DNA of 62,510 nt, filler included, from Chiloscyllium plagiosum (taxonomy: Eukaryota): assembly GCF_004010195.1 (NCBI RefSeq). It is 4 parts of 2 records of this genome, joined end to end, with 100 filler letters (N's around TTAATTAATTAA, not from the genome) between each part and the next. Parts side by side here need not be neighbours in the genome. Positions count along the whole stretch, not along the records: positions 1 to 24,680 come from NC_057713.1; 3 more parts are not named here. The stretch is one strand, 5' to 3'. Below the pieces are notes generated by a model. The model did not search any database, was not told the origin of the DNA, and was given only the letters and a program-made list of their open reading frames with translations. Positions 1 through 13,114 of the stretch are shown in pieces; positions within the stretch are counted from its first letter, which is position 1; each line of letters begins with the position of its first letter. Position numbers and translations under genes: made by a program.

Positions 1-222
1 AGATGTTAGGGTTAGGTTCTTTACTCAGCGAGTCTTGAGTTCATGGAATGCCCTGCCAGTAGCAGTGGTGGACTCTCCCTCATTATGGGCATTTAAGCGG
101 GCATTGGATAGGCATATGGAGGATAGTGGGCTAGTGTAGGTTAGGTGGGCTTGGATCGGCGCAACATCGAGGGCCGAAGGGCCTGTACTGCGCTGTATTC
201 TTCTATGTTCTATGTTCTATGA
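1..222 (+). mobile_element. CR1 LINE 3' end
   Basis: RT C-terminal remnant, conserved gggccgaagggcctgt 3' UTR motif and (TTCTATG)n tail. Confidence 0.85.
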
Positions 223-239
223 CCAGTATCATGTACTTT

Positions 240-1915
240 CTGAGGTGGACAATCATACTCGTTAGCAAGTGATTGCCAATATGATATGCATAGCAAACAT
301 TTAAATAAATATTTCTTAATGGAATGCAGATTTGATGCGAATTAAGAAGTAAAACTCCATGGAGAAAGAGATCGATCAATGGCTAACCACACAGGTTAAG
401 TATTGGAATAAAAGAGATTTATGATATTGTCAGGAAGGGTAATAATTGTGAGGATTAGATAAGATTTAAGCATGAGCTAGAGAGGACCAAAGAAATAGTA
501 CAAAGGATGAAAATAAAGTGAGGGCAACATGAAAACTGTCTGTAAGCATTCCATAAGCATGTAAAAGGAAGAGAGCAATTTTAATAAATAGGGGTCCCTT
601 AGAGACTGAGACAGGAGAAATTCAAATGAGGAGTATGAAGTATGATATTAAGTAACTATTCTGTCTTCAATGTAGAAGACACAGGAAAAATGCCTGCAAT
701 AATGTGAAAACAATGAGAGTAAGAAACTTTAAACAATTACTATTTGTAAAGGAAAGAAAGAAAAATCGTAGATTTATATCACACCTTCACAACCAATGAA
801 TCACTTTAGAAGGGTCATCACTGCTGGAATATGCTCACTGTTGTACTATGGGAAATACCAAGGTAATTTGCACGCAGAAAACTCCCGTAACCATCAATGA
901 GAAAATACTGGAGAAATTAATGAGACATATTCTCAAAGGTTCAGAAGGGAAGTTGCCAGGGACATGATGCATGAACTGACTATGATCTTTCAAATGGCGA
1001 TTCTGGACTGCTTCCAATGGATTGAAAGTAGAAAAATCAGAAAACAAAATATTTTTTAAATGATCAAGCATTAACTGTTGTTTTACAGAGATATTTGTGC
1101 CCTATGCAAAATGGATAGAAATTTAACATTCAAGTACAATATGTAATTATGAAAACACGTGGCATGTTGATCTTCGTTGCAAAAGAGTTAGAGTACGTGA
1201 ATCATGTTGCAATTTTACAAGGTATTAATGAGAACAATGTTAGAAGTCACCTGACACCAGATTATCATCCAACAGGTTTATCTGAAATCACAACTTTTCA
1301 GAGCACTGCTCCACCATCAGGTGAAGTGATAGACTATAACCTGGTGTCATGTGACTTCTGACCTTGTCCACCCCAATCCAACAACGGCACGCTCACGTTA
1401 ATGAGTGCCCACCTGGGATTACTGTGTATAGTTTTAATCTCCATAGTTAAGGAAGGATAAACTTGTCTTTATGGGACCACCAAAGCAACATTAGATTGAT
1501 ACCAGGAACGTAGAAGAGGCTATCCTATGTGGAGATTCAATGGAATGGAACTAAACACATTGGTATTTTGATGAATAACTGTTGAATAATGATGCTCTCC
1601 TGTTTTTGAAAGTTTGCAAGAGGATTTGATGAGATACGTATCCCGAGTTGGAATAGTTTGAAATAGCAGGTATTTTCAAGGAAACATTTATTTCAGACTG
1701 AGATGTGGGACTCTTTCCTCACTTCCTTGGAACTATCCACCCAGAGGACTGTGGAACATGAGCTCTTAAGTTTATTTAAGGTTGAGATTGATTTATAGAC
1801 ATTGAATTTGGAGAATGGGTGGGAAAATGGAGGTAAGATTGAAAATCAGCCATAAACGTCTCACATGACAGAACAATCTGAGGATTTGTGTAGCCTCTGC
1901 CTGTTCATGATTGTT
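240..1915 (+). mobile_element. Old, highly decayed CR1 ORF2 fragments, interrupted by a Penelope fold-back at about 1235-1400
   Basis: Degenerate CR1 motifs in the expected order (ggggtcccttagagactgagacaggagaaat; cacctgggattactgtgtatagttt; atcagccat 3' UTR); no intact ORF. Confidence 0.55.
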
Positions 1916-2426
1916 AAATAGAAAACACATATTCTGACAAACAGATAGCTGAATGATAGTTTATCCTAATAGTTGCTGGCCTTGCTGACACAATTTTCTA
2001 CACTAATTTTACTTTTGTCCCTTTTTAGATGCATGACAAAGGGGTAAGGAGTCTCCTTCAAGCAGAAAAGGTCAATTAATCACATTAAGATAGAATTATA
2101 AGTAACACACGAAAAGAGAAACTGTGGGCTGCACATGGCCCAAGTATAATGATGTACTTGTTGGGTATGAGAACTTGTAAATGGTCCATCATTGCTAAAT
2201 TAAGCACATTTAGTCAAAGCTAAATTGAGGACTTCACTGCTTTGGTCAAAGCGCAATCTTTTGAATTGAGTTTTTGAATGTAAAAACTGTTTTCAAATGT
2301 AATAAACTTTAGCCATTTAACCCTTCTCAATTAATGCTAATTACAAACTTTGGTTAAAACATAATAGCAGGACATAAAATGGAAAATTAAAATAAAAAGT
2401 AAGGCAATAAGACCATAATATGTAGG

Positions 2427-3042
2427 GTTCTGGATTAGTGGTGCTGGAAGAGCACAGCAGTTCAGGCAGCATCCAAGGAGCTTTGAAATCGACGTTTCGG
2501 GCAAAAGCCCTTCATCAGGAATACCCTTGCCAACTTGTATAGCTGCGCCACTGAGAGCATTCTGTCTGGTTGTATCACTACCTGGTATAGCAACTGTACC
2601 ATTCGAGATCAGAGACGGTTACAGAGATTGGTGAACTCGGCCCAGACAATCACAAAGGCCCAGACAACCACAAAGGCCAACCTCCCATCTACAGAATCCA
2701 TCTACCAGGCCCACTGTCAAGGAAAGGCTGGCAGCATTCTCAAAGATCCACCCAACCCTGGCAATGTTTTTCTACAACCTCTATCATCGGGGAGAAGGTA
2801 CAGAAGCCTGAACACATGCACCAGCTGGTTTCATAACAGTTTCTACCCTACTGTTGTTAGAATACTGAATGGACTCACAAACCCTTAACATTCGCCTGTA
2901 CCTGTGTCTTTGTTTTGTATGAAGGGCTTTTGCCCGAAACGTTGATTTCGAAGCTCCTTGGATGCTGCCTGAACTGCTGTGCTCTTCCAGCACCACTAAT
3001 CCAGAATCTGGTTTCCAGCATCTGCAGGCATTGTTTTTACCT
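2427..3042. mobile_element. Penelope-derived inverted-repeat insertion carrying a Rex1/Babar LINE fragment; 13-bp TSD
   Basis: Arm 2429-2522 is the reverse complement of 2919-3005. TSD CATAATATGTAGG at 2414-2426 and 3043-3055. The middle translates ESILSGCITTWYSNCT...LPSTESIY...GRRYRSL...SFYP (Rex1-type C-terminus). Confidence 0.85.
2487..2522 (-). ncRNA. Minimal type I hammerhead ribozyme motif (Penelope terminus)
   Basis: Minus strand reads auuc-CUGAUGA-a-GGGC uuuu GCCC-GAAA-c-GUC-gauu. Core intact, 4-bp helix II, palindromic ACGU helix III, weak helix I. Confidence 0.6.
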
Positions 3043-3700
3043 CATAATATGTAGGAGCTGAATTAGGCCATTCAGCCCATCAGAGCTGCTCCACCATTCA
3101 ATCATGGCGGATATTTTTCTGAACCCCATCCTCCTGCCTTCTCCCCGTAACCGTTGATCCCCTTACTAATCAAGAACCTATCTACCTCTGTCATAAACAC
3201 ACTCAATGATTTGGCCTCCACAGCCCTCTGCAGCAATGAGTTCCACAGATTCCCCACCCTCTGGCTGAAGCAATTCCTCCTCATCTCAGTTCTAAAGGGT
3301 TGTCCCTTCACTCTGAGGCTGTCCCTTTGGGTCCTAGTCTCTCCCACCAGTGGAAACATCTTCTCCATGTCCATTCTATCCAGGCCTCTCAGTATTCTGT
3401 AAGTTTTAGTCAGATCACTCCCTGCACATCCTTCGAAACTCCATCGAGTACAGACTTAGAGTCCTGAACTGCTCTTCATATGACAGGCCCTTCATCCCCG
3501 AGATCATTCTTAGAAACTTCCTCTGGAACTTCTCCTAGGCCAGCACATCTTTCCTTAGATACTGGGCCCAAAAATGCCAACAATATTTCAAATACAGCCT
3601 CTCTGCTCTTGTATTCTAGGTCTCTTGAAATGAATGCTAATAATGCATTTGCCATCCTAATTGCCAACTAAACGTGCATGCTAACCTGAAGACAATCCTG
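3043..3700 (-). mobile_element. CR1 LINE 3' fragment
   Basis: ORFs 3102-3374 and 3476-3667 give MFPLVGETRT..FRTEMRRNCFSQRVGNLWNSL and KANxLLAFISR-like CR1 RT C-terminal motifs. Confidence 0.85.
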
Positions 3701-3954
3701 CATCTTTGGGTTCTTCACTTGACCTAGAGTCCACTCAGTCTGAATACATGGATGCCCACTGCATCCCTGTGTGCACTGCCCTGCCTTTCTACTCATTTCC
3801 CCATTGACCAGAGATCCTAAATGCAGGTTACTTTGTCTTGCCATTTAGTGCAGGTACAAAGTCAGGAAGCTCCTCAACAGGCCTTTCTCAAGTGAAGGAG
3901 GATAGTCTTTACTCAAGGGATTCCAGCTCAGTAATTCAAGGGAGCCTCTGGTAC

Positions 3955-4105
3955 CAGTCCAGGGTCTGTGCAGGTTAGGTGGACTGATCATGGGAAATGC
4001 AAGGTTACAGGGATAGGTAGGTGGGTTTGGGTGGAATGGTCTTTGGAGTGTCAATGTGACTCAATGGGCTGAATGGCCTGCTTCCAACTGTAGGGATTCT
4101 ATCAA
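3955..4105 (+). mobile_element. HE1/V-SINE 3' half
   Basis: gtgcaggttaggtgga...gggaaatgcaaggttacagggatagg...gggctgaatggcctgcttcc...gtagggattcta, shared with the fuller copies at 13515, 52170 and 58584. Confidence 0.7.
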
Positions 4106-6164
4106 TCTGTGTTGCTTGGATAACTAAGACAGAGCAGTGTCTCTACAGTGTACTAACCATACAGAGCCAACCCAGACTGCCTCACACATACATCACATGA
4201 CACAATTCACCCTTGCCTTTCTGAGCTTAGAAATTCTCAAGGTCATCATGCAAGAAGGTGTGCAGTCATCCTGATCCCCTGGCCCAGTCAGGTTGCAGCT
4301 ACTGGGGTAGAACTTCTTTTTTAAATATTCCTTTGTGGGATGTTTGCATCACCGGCTCGGCCCAGCATTTATTGCCCGGCCCTTGGGAAGGTGGGGGTGA
4401 GTTGCCTTCTTGAACCGCTGCAGTCTATGTGCTGGAGGTAGAGCCACAGTGTTGTTAGGGAGGAATCTGCATGGGGAAACCAGGACACGGGAAAATTCAC
4501 CTGGAAGCCAACTCCATGACCCTCATGCATTACCCTTTTATGCGACACCTTTTTAAGTGACTTTTCGAAATCCAGGTACATGAGATCTACAGCTTCCCTA
4601 TTGGTTATCCTACTACTTACATCCTCAAACATAATTTTCCTTTTATACAACCATGCTGACTTCGATTAAACTGTGGTTTTCTGAGCGTATTACAACTTAA
4701 TGAGAAATTCTTGTACCTTCTAAGAACAATTCTCAGAATAACAGGCATGTAGTTTGTGGTTCTTGTTGCGTAATGAAATTGAAGAAAACTCATGAGATGT
4801 GAACTCTGTTTCTTCCTTCACAGATGCTGCCAGACTTCCTGACTTTCCACACTGCTTTGTTCCTTAGTTCAAATATTCAAAATCTACAGTGTTTTACTTC
4901 TTTTATTTATATAATCATGATGTAACTGATTATGTGACTCTAACATCAGTCAGAGAGAAGATATTAGTCCAGAGTGAAGAGAGGAAGGTTTTAGATACTG
5001 CACTGGAGAGCTGTAAATGATCTCCTGATACATCCAGATGCAGATAAGGATGTGTTACAGGATATAAGGTGCTAAAGAATCATCTGAGGAAGGGTTACAG
5101 GACCTGAAACATTAACACTGATTTCTCTCCACAGGTGCTGCCAGACCTGCTGAGCTTTTCCAGCAACTTCTATTGTTGCTGCCAAAGAGTCTTACTTAGA
5201 GATAAAGACCAATCAGCCTCAGGGTATGTGTAAACACTCATAGCCTGAGATACTCCAGAGCATTGCCTCTAACCTTAGGTTGCATCATTGGGTTAAAGCA
5301 CATGATAAAGCAGATGCCTCTCTTCCTGCTTTGTTGAATAATGGAGCAGCATATGCTAACACGCAATCTGCTGTGATTCTGTTACCTTCTTTTAAAAGTA
5401 TTTTTAGTTTGAGAATGGAGAAGGGAGTTGCTACCTTGTGATTTATTCATGGGCTGTTTGCCAAACTCTGCAACCATGAGCAGATAAATACATTTGGATG
5501 TTAGGTTGCCAACCTTATCCATTACAATTAGTTTCACCCACAAGGTCAAGTTTTTCATTTTGGTTAAATATAAAGAAGTGCTACAATGCATGCACAGAAA
5601 AACTAATTTCCTCCCTGAAACATGTGATAAGCCTGTATGCTCACTGTCCAAGGTAAAAATAACACTATTTCCTTCTCAATTATACCTGAGCACCCAACTA
5701 TCATTGCACCCATCCAATTGGCATTGCTAATTAGTTTAGCTGCATTTTGTAAGTATATCTCTGAGATCAGATGCATCACAGTGACTTTTGGATGGACCCT
5801 CCAAATATTGTCAATCCTTGGTTGCATATTCTGTGTTCTGTTACCTGCAGGGTATTCAGTGAAATTGATATGTCAGTTCTATATTAAGATCTTCAATAAA
5901 ACAGTTTTCAGACAGAAAGTACTGAGAACACCCAGCTCTGACTGTTTCAGTTAAAAGACATCCTCAAGATATTCTATCCATTAAGCAGTATGATTACGAC
6001 AATGCTTACATCCTCTGGAAAAAGAAATCCCTGTAGATTGTGTGAAAGTTTTCTTAGAGCAGAAGGTATTACTGGGATCAGAGGCTGCTTTTCTGTTTTC
6101 CTGTCCTCTGTGTGTGAAAAATACAGTGATCACCTTTTAGAAGTCAGACCATCTACTCAGAACG

Positions 6165-6550
6165 CTTTCACTAGAAAGATAGAGGCTGAGGGGTGACCTG
6201 ATCGAGGTCTACAAGATTACGAGAGACATAGGCAGGGTGGTTAGTCGGAGGATTTTCCCAGGATGGAATGGTCAACTACGAGAGGGCACAGGTTCAAGGT
6301 GAGAGGGGAGGAAGTTTACAGGAAGAGTGGGGGGAACATTTTTCACTGGAACGCACTGCCAGTGGAGGTGGTGGAAGCAGGCACTTTAGCTAAGTTTCCA
6401 AGGTGAATCTTGATAGTCACATGAATGGGAAGCAAACAGAGACATAGAAACTGTGCATGGGCAATAAGCAGAGCTAAATAAGGACTGGGAATTGGAATAG
6501 GCTTGGTGGGCAGAAGGGCCTGTTCCTGTGCTGTATTGTACTGTATCGTA
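6165..6550 (+). mobile_element. CR1 LINE 3' fragment
   Basis: aggctgaggggtgacctgatcgaggtctacaagat (RLRGDLIEVYK), followed by a CR1 3' UTR with a ctgta-repeat tail. Confidence 0.8.
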
Positions 6551-7555
6551 CATCTAATAGATTTTAAGATTCTGGCAAATTGCTAATCTTGAAACAATGA
6601 TATTTTTCAAGTTTTGATTAGCCCACAGGAAACAACTTGAGGCATACAGTTGGGGATTGCAGAGTCTTATCCATAAACACTGCCAAGTACAGCTCCCGCA
6701 GACCCTGGCACTTGGCTCGATACTCTGTTATCCCCCTTCCCCACAACCCCCACACCCCTGGGATCTGACTCAGCCTTTACCCCTGCACCGGGTCTGACAC
6801 AGCCACCACCACCAGCTGGTGTTTGGGAATGAGACTGAGGATATCCTTGGCCAAACAAGTTTGTATTGGAAAAGGCTTCAGTGAAACAGGGCTAGGGTGT
6901 GGGGGAGTTGGGGGGGGGAGTGTGGGAGGGTGGTGGGGTGGAGAGTGGGAAGGTGTTTTGCTGTGAAGTAGCTTTACAAATCCAGACTTTGTGGAAAGAT
7001 TCTTTGTAACTTTTGACTTTGGACTGACTTTTGAAGATGGTCTGCATCAACAGGTATTGCTGGGAGAGGAGAGTGTGATTGAAATAGTTTGGTGTGTATG
7101 TGGAACAGCTCAATGTTTCTCATTGTTAATTATTTCCTGGATGTTCCCAATAATGTGCCAGTTAACCTGGCAGTGTGGGAAGGGTAAAGGCTGAAGGAGG
7201 ACCAGACGTTTGGTGTTCCTTCAGCTCCCCCCAAAATGTTTTGAGGGGTGACCATCCAATTTTGCAGGAATTCAAGGAGTACAGTGTTATTTGTAGGACA
7301 CACTTACTTCAGGATGGAATAGGCAGATCCATGGTGACAGATTGAAAAAGGTGCCCCAACATTTGGAAAAGTGTAGAATTTGGGTGAAGGCAGCCAAATA
7401 TGTGGAATATTTCAAAATTCCATGGAGTATTTTGGGTCATTGAATAGACTGAGATGGATTACATCTTACCTCAAAGGAGGCTCTATCCATTAAAAATGCA
7501 CCACACCCTTTGAATATTTCTGAACCTCAGATCTTTTGTCAGTCTAATTATTATT

Positions 7556-7728
7556 GGATGTAGGCTTGCTCGCTGAGTTGGAAGGTTCATTTCCAGATAT
7601 TTCGTCACCCAACTAGGTAACATCTTCACCTAGTATGGTGATGAAACGTCTGGAAATGAACCTTCCAGCTCAGCGAGCAAACCTACTTCCAGAACCTGAA
7701 CCTGAGCTACAAATCTTCTCAAAATTCA
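7556..7728. mobile_element. Penelope-derived fold-back mini-element with about 12-bp TSD
   Basis: Inverted arms ggatgtagg..gctgagttggaaggttcatttccaga / tctggaaatgaaccttccagctcagcgagcaaaccta. CTAATTATTATT repeated at 7544-7555 and 7729-7740. Same terminus follows the Penelope ORF end at 14410-14625. Confidence 0.75.
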
Positions 7729-9479
7729 CTAATTATTATTAAAATAAGTTTATGCCACATTTATCAATCTTATTGTACGTATTGACCAAACGCTTGAGGA
7801 AGGAAGTTCTGTGATTTTGGACAATGTAGTGCAACAAAGCATTCAGGTTGTGTTAGAGTGAATTGGACGGTCTTAAGTTACTTACATATGATAATGTTTC
7901 CAAAATATTAAGCCATATGTGCTGCCTTTCCACACAGAGTAGGAAATCCCTCTGTAAGGGCATTGTGGGTCTACCTACAGCACATGGCCTATAGTGGTTC
8001 AAGATGGTAGCTCACCCCGACCTTCTCAAGGGCAACCAGCGACAGGACAATAAAATGTTGGCTGAGCCAGCTACACTCATATCTCATGTACAAATGTATA
8101 AACAAGAAGCTATTCAAATTGGGTCGAGCTGTTTCAAATAAATCGTAAAATAAACAGCAAAACATTAGAGATATTTTATAGATGATTGCTGCTTATGGGT
8201 TTCCAGAGGAAATTGTGTCTGACAACTGACCTCGATTTTGTTCAGAGGCTTTTCGAATGTTATGAGAGTGAGTGGACTAAAGCTGATTCCAGTTCCACCA
8301 TAGCCTGCAGTTTGAAATAGAGCAGCAGATTGTACTGTATAAATTATTAACTGTGCTCTTGTTAAATAAAAACAAGTACAAACGGAAAGGAATGTCAGAT
8401 GTCATTGAATTGCAAATTGGCGATTTATTTATTTATTGTAACACACCCCACTCCACTAACACTATTATTCCAGCTGAACTGTTTCTTAGACAACCCAAAA
8501 TCTGGTTTTCACTGGTGACAGTACATTTAGCAGAAAGGAAAACATCATTAGACTGAGAGCTAGATCAAGGTCTAAAGCTGAACCAGGAGGCTAAGGTAAA
8601 ATAGAATAATCAAAAAAAGCTAAAGTAGCTGCCAGAGAGAGTAGTAAAATTATGTGGTTCTTGTACATACCTGGCTCACCCCCACCCTTCTCAAGAGCAA
8701 ATAGGGACAGGCAATAAATGTTGGCCCAGCCAGCGATACCTACGTCCAGTGAGTAGATTTTAAAGATTACTCCAATACAAGTTGAGACTGAAAGCTGGTC
8801 AGATCTGCATCAGACTTAGACAGATGCGTTTGATGAAAAGGAAAATTCAATTGAAGGTCAAAGATAAGATCAGTCCATGCACAAGAAAGGTTCTCAGTCT
8901 CGGGCAAAGACAGGCCAAGGTCCTTCCCCAAGTTTTGAATTTGTGAGTCAAGAAAGCAGGTATCCTCTTAAGAACAGTGTAGATGTTTTAGATGTGTAAA
9001 TAAATGCAAAACTGTACTGATGAGAAATCACTAGTTTTGCTGAGGCTTTCCAGGTCAGTCAGCAGAATACTGGTATAAAGGAGAACAACACTTTACACTG
9101 AATGAAGAGAGTCCTGACTGGTTGCCATGTGGACTCTGGTAAAAGGAACCAGTTGATAATGACTACTAGTTAACTGCCATGCCTTGATTAAGTTTAAGCC
9201 AGAAAGGGTGATTCTGATTGGTCAAGGCATTGTCCTGAGAAAAGAACCAGAGCAAGCATGTTGCCTCTTTTGTTAAGTAAAAAAGGACACAATGTTTGCA
9301 ATGGCTGTGAATAATAAGTTTCTGTGTATTAACTTGTGTAGCTTCCTGCACGTGGATGTGCACAACGCTGAGACGGATTGACAATCCTAAATCAGTTGTT
9401 AATATATCTCTTAGCACACTCAGGCTTATTGTCCAACTGTTGGACACTGTGCAAGCATGGTTCAGCTGGAGACACTTGA

Positions 9480-9970
9480 TTGCTCTGAAGTCAAAGGAAC
9501 AATCTTTCCAATCTCTGGGCTACATGGTCCATTTGGGGTGCTGTAGGGTTATTCCAAGGCTCTTCCATTTGAAAACAGTGGGGTGATCTGATAGAGATAT
9601 TTAAAATTATAAAATGTTGTGACATCCTGGATACATTAAGACTGTTGACTCTAGGGCGAAAAAGCATAACTGCAGACCATGAAATAAGATAGTCACCAAA
9701 AACACCAACAGGAAATTCAGAAAGATCATCTTCATCCTAAAAAAAAATTGATTGGAAAGTTGGATTCATTGTCACAGGCAGCATTGGAACAAATAGTATG
9801 GATCTGTGTGTGAGGTGAAAGGGGATAAGCAAATGATGGAGAAGTGACCCCTTGGTTATGATGGTGGATTTAGATTTGAAAAGATAGCAGGAGGTCTGAA
9901 TGAAGAATAAACATTTAGCATGGACAGGTTGGGCCACATGGTCTGTTTCTCAGCTGTATATCCTATCCTG
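9480..9970 (+). mobile_element. Old CR1 3' fragment
   Basis: gggtgatctgatagagatatttaaaattat (GDLIEIFKI) and a gggccacatggtctgtttct 3' UTR motif. Confidence 0.6.
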
Positions 9971-10464
9971 CTGACCCAGGATGTTTTGAAAACTGTCTTT
10001 GTAATCTTAACAGGACCAGAGGGAGTGTTGATCTGCTAATAGCAAACATAGATTAACAGAATACTTAAATATAACAAAGAGGTGCAGATACTGGAAATCT
10101 GAAACAAAATCAGAAATTACTGGAGAAACTAAGCGAATGTTAACTCTGCTTTCTCTCCACAGATGGTGCAAGACCTGCTGAGTTTCTCCAGCAACTTCTC
10201 TTTTTGTTACCAGAATATTTATTGTCAGAAGGTTCTACTGGACCTTTCGTGGAAATTACAAATACGGCTTTAACTCTGATGCTCGTTTAGTTTTTCCTCA
10301 TATTGATTTTGTTTCATCTTTGATCACTAAAACAAACATATCTTATACGAACAGTGGAATCATAAACCTTGTTGTTTGTGATCAAAGGAAACATAGAGAT
10401 CCAAGCTCTGTAGTTTAAACTAAGCCAGTATCAGTGTAAAGCCCCTAATACTGTTAGAACATTG

Positions 10465-10810
10465 AGTTGGAGAACATAGAACAGTACAGTACAGGAACAG
10501 GCCCTTCGGCCCACAATGTTGTTCCAGACAAATTAAATGAACCCCTTCTGCCTGCCCTTGGTCCATACTCCTCTGTTCCTTGCATATTCATGTGTTTATC
10601 TAAAAGTCCCTTAAATGCCCCTATTGTATCTGCCTCCACCGCCAACCCCGGCAAGGTGTTCCACACTCTTACCACTCTCTGTGTTAAAAACCTGCCCCTT
10701 TGAACTTTCCCCCTCTCACCTTAAATCCATGCACCCTAGTATTAGACATTTCAACTCTGGGAGAAAGATTCTGACCGTCAACCCTATGTATGCATCTCAT
10801 AAATTTATGT
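10465..10810 (-). mobile_element. CR1 LINE 3' fragment
   Basis: ORF 10454-10675 VRVWNTLPGLAVEADTIGAFKGLLDKHM; (AGAACAT)-type tail on the plus strand. Confidence 0.85.
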
Positions 10811-11259
10811 TGCTTGAATTATTACAACTAGTGAGCTGTGATGATCTGTCCCCAATACTGAATCAACTCTACAATATTATCTTGCACTTTGCAACAGTTT
10901 CTAGGGATCAGTAACATTTAAGCAGTTTACTAGAGACAAGCCGTGCAGCTTGATGTATTTATTTAGTACTTTAAGGGTTTTCTGTGGGCTGATTGTTGTA
11001 TTCACCAGTAGTATTTATTAAAGTATGTAATTGAGCTAAAATAATTGAGCATCCCTCTCTTCTGTGCTCAATAAATTCTGAATGGATACATTAAGGCAGT
11101 CCTTTAGGCAGTCCATGGCCAAACTGATAAATTGTTCATGAATATAATTTCATATCCAGAGCTGCTATCATGTTATTGTTCTCACGTTCATTATAAATGA
11201 TTATGGACAGCAAGAAACCCAGATATTACATCTACTTTAACATTTAGGATCCATAATAT

Positions 11260-11442
11260 GGAGGTGCTGGTGTTGGACGGGGGGTGAACAAGTTCAGATG
11301 TCACACAACACCAGGTTATAGTCCAACAGGTTTATTTGAAATCACAAGCTTTCGGAGCGTGACGAAGGAACAGTGCTCTGAAAACTTTGATTTCAAATAA
11401 ACTTGTTGGACTCTAACCTGATGTTATGTGACTTCTGACCTT
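11260..11442. mobile_element. Penelope-derived fold-back mini-element (accaggttatagtccaacagg family)
   Basis: Inverted arms cacacaacaccaggttatagtccaacaggtttatttgaaatcaca / tttgatttcaaataaacttgttggactctaacctgatgttatgtg. Same family at about 1235-1400, 21810-21970 and 61739-62041. Confidence 0.7.
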
Positions 11443-11449
11443 AGTATTT

Positions 11450-11676
11450 AAGTCCAATCAATTCTTCTATAATGTGATGGTTGCATTCTTGTGCAACCCC
11501 ATGTTATAGAAAAATCGTGCTTTAGAAATAGAGCTTAAAGTGTTAGTGATGTAATCACGTGACAGCCAACACATGTTTTAAAAGTTTGCACTTTAGAAAC
11601 AGCGTCCCCAATTTGTCAATCACATCACAGCAAATACACGTTGACAAAGTGCACATTATAACAGAACTACATGTAT
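11450..11676. mobile_element. Probable Tc1/mariner-Tigger-like MITE, decayed
   Basis: Imperfect terminal inverted repeats ttcttctataatgtg ... cacattataacagaactacatgta, ending at TA; heavy CpG decay. Confidence 0.45.
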
Positions 11677-11797
11677 ACAAATACTGTTCAACTCGTGTTA
11701 ATGGGCTTATATCATTTTATTTGTGCATAAATGCTTGGACATGGTGGATACTGGTAAAAAATAGTGCTTGTTTCTGCTTCTTTTATGTTGCGTAAAA

Positions 11798-12610
11798 TTG
11801 AGGTTTTGCATTTTGGGAAGCAAATCTTAGCAGAACTTATACACTTAATGGTAAGGTCCTAGGGCATGTTGCTGAACAAAGAGACCTTGGAGTGCAGGTT
11901 CATAGCTCCTTGAAGGTGGAGTCGCAGGTAGATAGGATGGCAAAGGCGGCATTTGGTATGCTTTCCTTTATTGATCAGAGTATTGAGTACAGGAGTTGGG
12001 AGGTCATTTGGCGGCTGTACAGAACATTGGTTAGGCCACTGTTGGAATATTGTGTGCAATTCCTATCGAAAGATGTTGTGAAATTGAAAGGGTTCAGAAA
12101 AGATTTACAAGGATGTTGTCAGGATTGGAGGATCTGAGCTATAGTGAGAGGTTGAATAAGCTGGGCTGTTTTCCCTGGAGCATCGGAGGCTGAGGGGTGA
12201 CCTTATAGAGGTTTATAAAATCATGGGCATGGATAGGATAAATAGACAAAGTCTTTTCCTTGGGGTGGGAGAGTCCAGAACTAGGTTTTGGGTGAGAGGG
12301 AAAAGATTAAAAAGAGACCTAAGGGGCAACATTTAATCATGAGGGGCATGGATAGGATAAATAGACAAAGTCTTTTCCTTGGGGTGGGAGAGTCCAGAAC
12401 TAGGTTTTAGGTGAGAGGGAAAAGATAAAAAAGAGACTTAAGGGGCAACATTTTCATGCAGAGAGTGGAATGTGTATGGAATGAGCTGCCAGAGAAAGTG
12501 GTGGAGGCTGGTACAATTGCAACATTTAAAAGGCATCTGGATGGGTATATGAATAGGAAGGGTTTGGAGGGATATGGGCCAGGTGCTGGCAGGTGGGACT
12601 AGATTGGGTC
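11798..12610 (+). mobile_element. CR1 LINE 3' fragment (young subfamily) with an internal duplication of about 115 bp
   Basis: ORF 11892-12137 KAAFGMLSFI..YRTLVRPLLEYCVQF. Segment about 12219-12334 is repeated at about 12335-12452. Confidence 0.9.
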
Positions 12611-12759
12611 CAGATGACTCTTCATCAGAGCTGACGTGAGCTTGCTCTCTCTCATGGATGCTGTCAGTCCCACTGTGATCTCCAGCATTTCTTGTTTTCA
12701 GGACAGAATCCAACATCTGCAGCTCCTGCATGTTTTGGGCAGTTGAACTTGAACTCAAG

Positions 12760-13000
12760 GTAGACAGGGGGGGGAGCATGGTGGTGAGGTAGGGATAGGT
12801 GAACACAGGTAGAGGGTATGATCTGGTTGGTCAATGGGAGGAATGGTCAATCAGAGGAATGGAAGGGAGGGGGAGAGACTGGGAAGGGAATCAGGGGATG
12901 GGAAGCGAGGCTATTTGAAATTGGAGAACTCAATATTGAGTCCTCTGGGCTATAGGCTGCCCAGGCGGAAGATGAGATGTTGTTACTCCAATTTGTGGTC
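12760..13000 (-). mobile_element. Penelope element 3' ORF end (GIY-YIG C-terminus) and downstream UTR
   Basis: Minus strand translates HKLE*QHLIFRLGSL*PRGLNIEFSNFK*, the typical Penelope ORF ending. Confidence 0.75.
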
Positions 13001-13114
13001 TTGAATCCAGGCTTTCTGGCCTAGAGTTATGGACACTACCACTGTACCATAAGAGCTCTGATGCAGAAATATAATGGCTCAACTCAAATCATCTCCATCC
13101 GCAACATCAATGAA

